Below are positions 29,802-38,610 of a stretch of DNA of 64,000 bases, one piece after another. Positions within the stretch are counted from its first letter, which is position 1, and the number at the start of each line of letters is the position of its first letter. Where the stretch lies: positions 224,001-288,000 of the forward strand of contig CAVYTU010000017.1 in NCBI GenBank assembly GCA_963771465.1, given 5' to 3'. The notes beneath the pieces are model-generated. The model did not search any database. It was not told the origin of the DNA and worked only from the letters and a program-made list of their open reading frames with translations. Position numbers and translations under genes: made by a program. The DNA is from an uncultured delta proteobacterium. GTDB lineage: Bacteria > Desulfobacterota > Binatia > UBA9968.

Positions 29802-31236
29802 ACCGCGTTCATCGACTGCGCTAGGGAACATTCCCTGTCCTGGGGTCAGCACATTGTTTGGATCGAAACGCTGCTTTGCATTTCGGAACGATTCCCAAAC
29901 TGGCCCATAGTACTGAATCCAATCCGCCTGCGAAAACGGTATCGCGGTCGTGGTCAAGCGCGTCCCGCCCATATCGCGCGCCCGCTCGTAAAGAGTGCGA
30001 TTCATCGCGAGCAGGGATCCAATGTCGGTAAACGACGCCGGTGGTCTGCGCCGGAGTTGAAATCGAACGGCGAGATCTTCCTTCGGCATGCGAACGAGCG
30101 GACGCTTGATGCTGCTCGTCCTCCATACAGAAAACAACTGAGTGGAAAAGGCGACTTCCGCCGGAGTGGCGAGAACTCTGTTGCCAAACTCGACGGATGT
30201 CGATGCGGGCAAGCACACGTGCAGCCAGGGCTGCGGCAGGGGGGAGGGGTTGAAGGGTATGCGCCGATAGTATTCGGGATAGGTTATCACGCTGGCACTC
30301 TTACTTGTGAATCCCAGGCCCGCGAGCAGTTGCGATTCGTTTGGGGAATTCGGAGCATCGTAGAAGGCTCCGCATGGCAGGTTAAACGTGAACCCGCCGC
30401 CTGGTCGTTCGCGGGTGTTCCCATCGACTTCGTTGAAACGCCCGTCCTTCACGAGAAACGTCAGATCAGCGATGGCAGCTTGCCAGTTGGCGTAACTCAG
30501 CACGAGGAAGAGGACATGCGTGGGTGCCGGCACCAGCACCATGACTGCTTTCACGATAATGCCGCATTGACCCATACCGGCAAGCATGGCGTTGAAGAGA
30601 TCACTGTTGCGTTCGTCGGAACAGGTAACGAGCTGTCCATGCCCCGTCACCACCTGGAGCTCTAGGACGTGATCGACCTGAAATCCTTCGCGCCATGTGC
30701 TCGCGTGGAATCCACCCGTACTGATCGTCCCGCCGACCGAAAGGAAGTAAGGGGCAGTCACTGGTGGCCTGAGCTTGCGGGCGTACGCCGCATCGTAGAC
30801 CGCGCTCCACAGCGCTCCGGAGCTGGCCTCGATGGCCGGACGGCCGCCGACGTCGATGACACGGACCGAATTCAAGGTGCTGGAGTCTATGACAACTCCG
30901 GCATCGACTTGAGCCTGGCCAAACATTGCCTGGCCATTGCCCCGCATCGGCGACCTTGAGGCCGCGCTGGTTCGCAAATCGAACGAGTTCAACCACATCT
31001 TCAACTGAACTGGGCCTGAGCACGGCGATTGGCATCCGGTGGACGATGTGTCCGAAGTCGTCTGCAGCCACCTGCCGCTCGGCGTCACCGAAGAGCAATC
31101 TCCCACTGAGATCCGTCAGGTCGTTGCGCAGGAGTTGCCCCATGGGCAGCGACGGCGGCAGGCGAGAAATTTTTCGTTCCATGCGTCACCCCTAAGTCCC
31201 GCGCTAGTCGCGCTGATATCAAACTGCGATGTCTAA
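29748..31236 (-). mobile_element. Integron gene cassette (~1.49 kb) carrying the flavin oxidase
   Basis: Begins G/TTAGAC at 31237-31231, the exact complement of its own R'' GTCTAAC; ends at the attC. Confidence 0.75.
29796..31182 (-). CDS. FAD-linked oxidase, VAO/cytokinin-dehydrogenase-like (frameshift near 30950)
   Basis: AADDFGHIV, PSSVEDV, RGNGQAMFGQAQ, SVGGTISTGG, LAGMGQCGII, KQRFDPNNVLTPGQGMF. Confidence 0.8.
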
Positions 31237-31269
31237 CTATTAAGTGAGCCGCCGTAGGCGGCGACAAAC

Positions 31270-31510
31270 GCTGGTCGGCTTATCTCTGGCGACGGCTCCG
31301 ACAATAAAATCCAAATCGGTTGCAATATCCAACGGCTAACCCAACTTGTCAACGATAAGTATTCCGCAAAAAGCCGCCCGAAGTGGCGGCTTATCTCACT
31401 AACGACTGGCGGGTTATTCCAACCCACGTTTCCTTGTGCTACCGGTGAATACTTACCAACCGATCCGCGCTCGGCAAGAAATAGTAAGTGGTGTCGGCTT
31501 ATTAACACAC
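31270..31510. repeat. Three degenerate direct repeats spaced ~110 bp
   Basis: CGGCTTATCTC at 31276 and 31387, CGGCTTATT at 31495; ACTTRYCAAC and AAGTGG segments also recur. Confidence 0.5.
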
Positions 31511-31528
31511 GACGGGATCTATTGCTTC

Positions 31529-31696
31529 TCACCCGGTCACGAACGGTTCCAGTTATCGATGGCCGAGCCGTCGCGCGCCGGTGTCGCTGACGGTGATCGG
31601 TTCGCCGATGAGAGCGGGCGTGCCTTTGAAGTCGATCTGCGTTTTTACCGTGAATGTAAATCCCGGCTCGATGACGATGTCTCTGTCACGCGCTGC
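31529..31696 (-). pseudogene. Diverged copy of the 3' end of the M24-family gene
   Basis: DRDIVIEPGFTFTVKTQIDFKGTPALIGEPITVSDTGARRLGHR*LEPFVTG* versus the C-terminus of 32809-34023. Confidence 0.85.
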
Positions 31697-31822
31697 CTCC
31701 CAAAGGGCGGATGGACTTGCTTTCGGCCGAAACAGAATAGCGGCAAAGAACGCAATGGGCAAAGGAGAACGTATGACAACCACCAGGGAATCTGGCACAA
31801 TGCAGGCGAACGGAGAATGGTT

Positions 31823-32074
31823 ATGAGCGACATCACATTGTCTATCCCAGATGAGACTCTAGTGGCTCTCAAGGTCAGGCCCGAACAACTGGGCGGTGAA
31901 ATTCGACTGGCGGCTGCCGTAAAGTTGTACGAAGTCGGTCGAATTTCGTCTGGTACGGCGGCGAAGCTTGCGGGTATTCCGAGAAGGCTGTTCTTAACGA
32001 AGCTCGCAGATTACGGCGTGGATACTTTCAAGTCGACCGGACAGGAGCTGCAACAAGAGCATCGCCTTGTCTGA
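31823..32074 (+). CDS. UPF0175 family protein (antitoxin-like)
   Basis: EIRLAAAVKLYEVGRISSGTAAKLAGIPRRLFLTKLADYGV. Confidence 0.85.
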   Translation: MSDITLSIPDETLVALKVRPEQLGGEIRLAAAVKLYEVGRISSGTAAKLAGIPRRLFLTKLADYGVDTFKSTGQELQQEHRLV

Positions 32075-32130
32075 GATCAGCTCAAACACCTTTCCCCTCC
32101 AATTCCTACATCAGCTCGGTGCGCTGAACG
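32067..32130 (+). pseudogene. Truncated PIN-domain (DUF3368-like) toxin
   Basis: Overlaps the UPF0175 stop; MSEISSNTFPLQFLHQLGAL resembles the PIN N-terminus, then similarity stops. Confidence 0.6.
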
Positions 32131-32163
32131 GGCCAGGGCGTCGGTTCCAGGCTTTTGTTGTTT
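32120..32163 (-). mobile_element. Partial attC-like arm at the PIN truncation point
   Basis: Minus strand AAACAAC-AAAAG-CCTGGAAC-CGACGCC...GTTCAGC; no R' box. Confidence 0.35.
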
Positions 32164-32302
32164 GCTTCTGCTCACCGCCATTCGATCAAAATCAAATAAT
32201 CAAAGCCTGGCGCTCTGTACTTTGTGTGCAACGATCTATTAGGCACATCCCGGCAACAGACTATTGCGCCTAAGAACTATAAACCCAAATATCTTTTGCG
32301 TG

Positions 32303-32755
32303 TTAGTCTGGTGGCCCAAGTGGAAGGCGCTGACCTTTTTTAATTATTTCTACTCCTTGGGCAAATCGTCTATGAAACGTACCTTCCGTAAGCGTCGTCG
32401 CAACGTTTAGCGTAATTCTTCGCTTTGTGACGACGGTAACTTTGGAGTTTTCCTTATCCACCGGCTCAATCCACGCTCCCATGACTGTCCCCACCGAAAC
32501 CAAATTCATTCCGCTGCTGGTTAACATGTAGTTTTGGTCCTTGTGTTCTTCGATTGCATCTGAACCTTCCCAGCGAAAAACCGTCTTGGCAATATCCCAT
32601 CCCTGATCTCTAGTAACAGGATAAACCTTAACCGTGCCTTCTGTCCCGGCCTCTTTAACCCGCACGACATCATTCATCGTAGCGCATCCGTTAAGCGCTG
32701 CGAAAAATGACGAAAGAATAACAATCTGCAGAAATTTGAAATCTCTTTTCTCCAT
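32303..32755 (-). CDS. Hypothetical lipoprotein, AT-richer and cassette-like
   Basis: Lipobox LNGC; AGGAGG SD; stop inside GACTAAC; visibly lower GC. Confidence 0.75.
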   Translation of the reverse strand: MEKRDFKFLQIVILSSFFAALNGCATMNDVVRVKEAGTEGTVKVYPVTRDQGWDIAKTVFRWEGSDAIEEHKDQNYMLTSSGMNLVSVGTVMGAWIEPVDKENSKVTVVTKRRITLNVATTLTEGTFHRRFAQGVEIIKKGQRLPLGPPD

Positions 32756-32808
32756 ATGGAGTACCTCCTTGTACTCTGTACTTTTCAATCGTACGTGGTC
32801 AGTTATCC

Positions 32809-34023
32809 CTAACCCGTCACAAACGGCTCGAGTTTTCTATGCCCCAATCGGCGTGCGCCGGAATCGCTGACGGTGATCGGTTCGCCGATGAGAGCCGGGG
32901 TGCCTTTGTGCTCGATTTGCGTTTTCACGGTGAAAGTAAATCCCGGCTCGATGACGATGTCTCTGTCATGCGCGGCTGCGCCGGGGCCGACTCTCGGCCG
33001 GTCGGCGCCGAGGCCGTTGGTGTGAACCAGCACGCCGCCGCCTTTGGCGCCGCGCGCTTCCGCCAGGCGGACGAATTCATCGATCAGGCCGCCGATGGTG
33101 TTGCCCGGCTTGACCCACGCGACGATGCCTTGAAAACATTCGACGGCGACGTTGGTCGCGGCGCGGTAAGCGTCGGCGTTTTTGCTGCCGATTAAAATTG
33201 AATGGTTGCATTGTGCCCGGTAGCCTTGCAGGCGCGCGTCGATCTCCTGACAAATCACCTTGCCGTCTTCCATGGCGATGGCAAGCCCCATGGAGTTACT
33301 CGCATTCGCTGTCTTGTTGTTCGAGCCGAGCGAAAGCCGCGCCGGATAGTCAGCGGTGTGCGAGATAAGTACTTTGGCCATCTCGATCCATAGTTCGCCT
33401 TCCTCCATGCCGGGCTTGGCGACCTCCATCATTTTGGCGATCGCCGCTTCATTGGCGTCGGCGATGCGCTGGATAACGGAGATTTCTTCTGGACCTTTGA
33501 CGATGCGCGAGAATTCCAACACGTCGTTGGCCGGTAAGAAGGTCGCCTCCGGCAATGCAGCCTTAATGCGCCGCCAGGTTTCGAACGGGATGGTGCCCTC
33601 GGTCATACGATACTGTGCCAGCAAGCCGGTGATGCCGATGCGGCTTTTGGCGAAACCGAGCTCGTGCAACCGATCGGGAACCAACTTGGAAAAATCGCCC
33701 CAGCGGATATCCGATGGCCAAAATAAATTGGCCGCCCACATGCGCAGCTCGCGCTCGGAAGAAAGAATTGCCGTGACCTCGTCCGACGCGGGAAACACCA
33801 CCCAGGCGCCACCCTGGACGCCGCCCATCTGGCAAAGGTAACGCGAGTTGGCTTGCGGTTCGCCGTTGTCCGCTGCGGGGGCGAGCAAGCAATCTAAGTT
33901 GTGCTCGCGCATCAATTGCCGAACCCGCGCGTAGCGCCGGTCGCGCTCGGCGAGAGAAAAGGACGGCAAGCGCCGTTTGCCATCGGCGCCAGTTTGAAAT
34001 GGATCGACGGGGTTATATGTCAT
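32809..34023 (-). CDS. M24 family (creatinase/aminopeptidase P fold) protein
   Basis: RYARVRQLM, SRIVKGPEEI, KPGMEE, HTNGLG, IEPGFTF; metal ligands look degenerate. Confidence 0.8.
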   Translation of the reverse strand: MTYNPVDPFQTGADGKRRLPSFSLAERDRRYARVRQLMREHNLDCLLAPAADNGEPQANSRYLCQMGGVQGGAWVVFPASDEVTAILSSERELRMWAANLFWPSDIRWGDFSKLVPDRLHELGFAKSRIGITGLLAQYRMTEGTIPFETWRRIKAALPEATFLPANDVLEFSRIVKGPEEISVIQRIADANEAAIAKMMEVAKPGMEEGELWIEMAKVLISHTADYPARLSLGSNNKTANASNSMGLAIAMEDGKVICQEIDARLQGYRAQCNHSILIGSKNADAYRAATNVAVECFQGIVAWVKPGNTIGGLIDEFVRLAEARGAKGGGVLVHTNGLGADRPRVGPGAAAHDRDIVIEPGFTFTVKTQIEHKGTPALIGEPITVSDSGARRLGHRKLEPFVTG

Positions 34024-34049
34024 CGGTCACCTCGTAAGAAATGGGAATT

Positions 34050-34078
34050 GGCCGCAAAGAACGCAAAGTACACAAAGG
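34050..34078. repeat. Dispersed 9-mer tandem repeat (CGCAAAGAA-like)
   Basis: ggccgcaaagaacgcaaagtacacaaagg; also at 36967, degenerate at ~31740. Confidence 0.6.
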
Positions 34079-34148
34079 AATTCATTCGAAGTTGGCTTCT
34101 TTGCCTCCGATTCCAATTCGGTTGCGGCCGTGTCGCTTTGAGCCGCCG

Positions 34149-35091
34149 TCAACTATTGCGCTCGACAAAATTCATTACCACCTGATTCCACGCTTCGGGA
34201 ATCTCGCGGTAGTGGAAATGGGCGACGTTATTGAATATGTGCATCTCGGTTTTTTTATTTGTCGCCCGGATCATATCGAAGAGTTTCAGTCCGATCGGCA
34301 GGATCGCCGATGGGTCGTCGGCGCCCCAGGTGATCAGCACCGGCATACGTCATTCGGCCTTCCTCGATCCATTTGTGCGTCTCTGCTTTGTCGCGCGGAA
34401 AGGTGCGCGCGTTGGCCTCCGGATTGACGCTTTCGTCTTCCCGTCCGTCAGTCTTGAGCAAGCGGAGTGTTTCTAGCGCCTTCGGTTGGCTCGCCATGAA
34501 CATGGCGGCGTCCAAATAGTCGTCGGTGATATTGTCCGTATTCACCGACAGCTTGCTCCAGTGAAAGCGAATATAGTCGCGCAGCGCTTTCGGTGGATTG
34601 GCGAATAGTTTGTGGCGCCGCTCCGCCATGTCGCCGGCCGGCGGGCCCAAAGTCCCGCTATCGACGAGCACCAGGCTTTTGCACATGTCGACATGTTCCA
34701 ACGCCAAGCGCGCGGCGGTGTAGGCGCCGTTGGATTGACCGACCGAGTGAAACGACTCGATGCCGAGCTTTTCGATCAAGCTATAAATATGCTGGACGAT
34801 GGCGTGCTGGGTGAAGTCGTCGAGACTTTTCGGGTTATCGGTCATGCCGGCGCAAAGTTTGTCCGGCGCGATGACGCGAAATCTCTTCGCCAGGCCGCCG
34901 ATGTTGCGCGTCCAGGTGTTGGCGCTGCCCCACGGCGAGAAGCGCGAGCCATGGATCATCAGCATCACATCGCCCTGGCCTTCGTCGTAATAGCGCGTTC
35001 TGATGCCGTTTACGTCGATAAACTTGGCTTGAAAATTGACTGATCCCGACGCCAACATCTCCGGCGTCGGTTTAATTGCGGCGCTTTGCAT
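34149..35091 (-). CDS. Alpha/beta hydrolase, meta-cleavage (BphD/MhpC)-like (frameshift near 34348)
   Basis: MLMIHG, GQSNG elbow; after the shift MPVLITWGADD...AHFHYREIPEAWN. Confidence 0.8.
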
Positions 35092-35254
35092 GGATCGCTT
35101 CCTCCGGTTCGAGAATCGCGCGCATCTTAATGCAGGTGTTCGATTTGAAGCAAGTCAAATTAAACTTTCATGCTGTATTGACTTCATTCAGCCGAGGAAT
35201 GTATGAACGCCAAGTAGAGAACCCGGTGGTCTCGGTATTTTTAGGAGGCGGCTA

Positions 35255-36959
35255 ATGGCGAATAGGAAATACGGAACCCATCTGAGCCGGCGACAGTTTT
35301 TGCGCCTGGCGGCGGCATCGGGCGCTGCGGTTGGGATTCTGCCTCGCGGTGTCGGGCATGCAGCGCAGGCCGGCAGAAAACGCATCGTTATTCATGGCGA
35401 GCGTCAGGTGACTAGTCTTGGCTATCACAACCGGCGTGAGACGGAGCATGTGTCGATCGTCGATGCCGGACTCGTCGGACAGAACCCGGTGACATTTGAG
35501 CGTGTGCCGGTGCTCGCCGAAGAGTTGCCGTCGGTGAAAAAGGGCACCTGGAAGATCGACCTGCAGAAGAAAACGATGACGACCGTCTATAAGCTGCGGC
35601 CAGGTCTCAAGTGGCACGACGGTAAGCCGTACACGTCAAAGGATTTCGAATTCGGTTGGCAGATCGCTAAGCATCCCGAGTTTCCCATGCCCGATCGGCT
35701 GGTGCCGGAGATGATTTCCAAGATCGAGACACCCGACGACCGCACCATCGTGATTCATTGGAGCGATCTCTACAACGAAGCCTATGCCATTCAATACACT
35801 CACGTGCGCGCGTTTCCGCGCCACCTGTTGCAGGACGCGTTCAGCGCCGGCGACATGAAGGCGTTCGCGAATTTGCCGTATTGGAATAAGAATTTCATCG
35901 GCGCGGGTGCCTTCCGTGTGGCGGAATGGGATCAGGGAAGCCGCGTGGAGTTGGAAGCGTTCAATGATTTTTGCCTGGGCCGGCCGAAGATCGACCGGAT
36001 CACCTACAAGACGGTGGAAGACTCCAACACGAACCTTGCCGCGGTCCTGGCCGGGGAAGTCGATCTGTGCATGCGCAGCACGATCTCCTTCGATGGCGCG
36101 ACGATTTTGCGCGAGCAATGGGAAAAGCAGGGCAAGGGTAAAGTGATGAGTAGCCCGGCGTCGTGGAGTTGGTTGAGTCTCAGCCGGGATAACCCCTGGT
36201 TCAGCGACGTCAAAGTGCGGCGCGCGCTGCTGCATGCCATCGATCGTGATGCCATGACGCAAAATCTTTTCAAGGGCGAAAAAGTCGTGTCGCACTTGCC
36301 GCTGGCGCGCGCCCGCAAGATCAACAGCAAGGCGTTGGCAGTCTCGACGATTTATAAGTATGACGTGGAGCGTGCCAAGAAACTCATGGCGGAAGCGGGG
36401 TGGAAGCCCGGCGCGGACGGCGTATTGACCAACGCTAAAGGCGAGAAGATGGAGTTCGAGTTTCGCGTCACCGCCGAGCGGCGCGATCATGAACAGGCCC
36501 AGGCGGTCATCGCCGACTTTTGGAAAAAGATCGGTGTGCGCACCAACATCAAAAATATGCCCAACCGTTTGCTCAATTCGTCGGAGAATCGCAGCCGCTG
36601 GCCGGGCGCTTACATCGGCTCCCACAACGTGACGGTGGAAGAATGGCCTGAACGGTTTCACTCCAAGAACATTCCGACGGCGGAAAACAAGTACGCGCCG
36701 GAAAACGTGTCGGGGTGGAACGATCCCAAGAAGGATGCGATTCTCGACGATATTAACTCGATCATCAGCACCCGAACAGTCGGAGAAGCTGCAACTCGAA
36801 TTCTGCAGGATGTTTAGCGCGGCGCTGCCGCATCTGCCGCTTTATTTCACGCCGGAAATTCTCGTGGTGAAAAAAGGTTTGACCGGCATCACGCCGCGCC
36901 AGGAGAGCGGCGGGCAGAACTCCAGTAGCTGGAACACCCATAAGTGGGATAAGGTTTAG
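35255..36959 (+). CDS. Family-5 (Opp/Dpp) ABC substrate-binding protein, Tat signal (frameshift near 36768)
   Basis: SRRQFL, LRPGLKWHDGKPYTSKDF, DVKVRRALLHAIDRD; shifted tail matches paralog 44172. Confidence 0.85.
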
Positions 36960-36966
36960 AGAGAAT

Positions 36967-36996
36967 GGCCGCAAAGAACGCAAAGGACGCAAAGAA
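36967..36996. repeat. Dispersed 9-mer tandem repeat
   Basis: ggccgcaaagaacgcaaaggacgcaaagaa. Confidence 0.6.
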
Positions 36997-37021
36997 GATT
37001 TTCAAAACAGCGAGGTGAACG

Positions 37022-38329
37022 ATGGCAGGTGAGGCAAATGGCGTGGTGGCTTTAAATGTTAAACGGATTGGCCACCTCGATATTCCTGGCGGCGGTCAGG
37101 TGGTGGTGCAGGGGAACCGCGCTTATGTGGGGCATATGGATCCGCCCCATGGGACATCGATTGTCGACGTGACGGACGTTTCGAAACCGAAGATCCTTTC
37201 GACCCTCGAGGTCGCCGACGATAATCACTCGCATAAAGTGCGCGTCAGCGGCGACGTTATGTTGATCAACAACGAAGCGCACCGGCGCCATCAAATGTGG
37301 GGCGGCGCGAAGATTCCGGCGACGCAGACGCGCTTGGAAAAAGAGCTTGGCCGCGCTCCCACCAATGCCGAGCTTGCCGCGGCGCTCAATTACAAGCCGG
37401 AAGATATTCCCGCTTTGTTGAAAGCGGCGGGCGAAGTTTACGACAGCGGCGGTTTGCGCATCTACAATGTCGCCGATCCCTACAAGCCGCGCGAAATCGC
37501 ATTCTTTAAAACCGCCGACACCGGCGTGCATCGCTTCGACTTCGACGGGCGTTATGCCTATATCTCGACCCGCATGGAAGGCTACCACGGCAATATCATG
37601 GTGATCGTCGACGTCGGCGAGCCGAGCAAGCCCAAGGAAGTTTCACGCTGGTGGCTGCCGGGTCAATGGACGGCGGGCGGCGAAAAGCCTTACTGGGGTG
37701 GCGAGCGTTGGGAGTGTCACCATCCGCTGCGCTTCGGCGATCGGCTCTATGTCAGCTATCATCACGCCGGCATCGTGATTCTCGACATCAGCGATATTAC
37801 TAAACCGAAGATGCTGAGCCATTACAATTATCATCCGCCGGTGGATTGCAGCACGCATACCTATGCGCGCATGCCGGTGCGCTTGGACGGCAAAGACATT
37901 GCAGTGGTCGTCGACGAAGAGCCGGGGCGCGCGCGCGCCGGTCATATTCCCGGCTTCATGTGGGTGTTCGACGTGACCGACGAGACCAAGCCGGCGCCGC
38001 TTTCGGCCTATTTCATGTCCGAGCAGGATACGCCGTGGACCCGCGCCGAACATGGCGGCCGCTTCGGCGCGCACCAGTGTCAGGAGCGCATGACCGATAG
38101 TTTGGTTTATCTTACCTGGTTTCGCGGCGGACTCAGGATTGTCGATATCGCCAATCCGCATAAGCCGAAGGAAGTCGGTTACTATATCCCGACGCCCGGC
38201 GCGGGGCACAAGACCGTGCAATCCAACGATGTGTTTCTCGACGGCGAGGGACGGATATATCTGCTCGACCGGTTCAACGGTCTCGATATTCTTGAATACA
38301 CCGGGCCGGCGGGGCAGAAGGCGGCGTAG
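37022..38329 (+). CDS. LVIVD-repeat beta-propeller protein with sigma-70 region-3-like insert (paralog 1)
   Basis: Repeated GLRIYNV/GIVILDISD/GLRIVDIANP..PKEV blades; insert RLEKELGRAPTNAELAAALN. Confidence 0.8.
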   Translation: MAGEANGVVALNVKRIGHLDIPGGGQVVVQGNRAYVGHMDPPHGTSIVDVTDVSKPKILSTLEVADDNHSHKVRVSGDVMLINNEAHRRHQMWGGAKIPATQTRLEKELGRAPTNAELAAALNYKPEDIPALLKAAGEVYDSGGLRIYNVADPYKPREIAFFKTADTGVHRFDFDGRYAYISTRMEGYHGNIMVIVDVGEPSKPKEVSRWWLPGQWTAGGEKPYWGGERWECHHPLRFGDRLYVSYHHAGIVILDISDITKPKMLSHYNYHPPVDCSTHTYARMPVRLDGKDIAVVVDEEPGRARAGHIPGFMWVFDVTDETKPAPLSAYFMSEQDTPWTRAEHGGRFGAHQCQERMTDSLVYLTWFRGGLRIVDIANPHKPKEVGYYIPTPGAGHKTVQSNDVFLDGEGRIYLLDRFNGLDILEYTGPAGQKAA

Positions 38330-38419
38330 TCGAAGCGAAATCAGATGGATTCGCTGTATTCATGCAGGAGAACACCATCGTTTAAAAGCAGAGAATGGTC
38401 GAGTAGCCAGCGGTTTCCG

Positions 38420-38571
38420 AATCCCCCTTTTGGAAAAGGGGGATCAAGCGGGATTTGAGTGGGCGGCGGGCGAGGTCTTCGTTTTAATTTAATCGGTCGC
38501 CTCTCGTATGGTACAACGGCGCAAAATGCGATGAAGAAAATCTCCCCTGGCCCCTCTTTACCAAAGTGGGG
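38420..38571. repeat. Inverted pair of REP-like CCCCCTTT...AAAGGGGG elements
   Basis: aatcccccttttggaaaagggggatcaagcgggattt and aaatctcccctggcccctctttaccaaagtgggg. Confidence 0.65.
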
Positions 38572-38610
38572 TAGAAGAAGAATTGAAAGGCTCTGGATGA
38601 AGGACGACCA

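Noticed and set aside
31270-31510. CRISPR array
   Set aside because: The conserved core is only 9-11 bp, the period is ~110 bp and no cas genes are present.
31436-31822. N-terminal extension of the 212-aa ORF
   Set aside because: It is largely antisense to the M24 remnant; UPF0175 similarity begins at ATG 31823.
24090-36780. Programmed ribosomal frameshifting or recoding across these genes
   Set aside because: There is no shared slippery sequence or stimulatory structure, and indel directions are mixed; sequence error is simpler.
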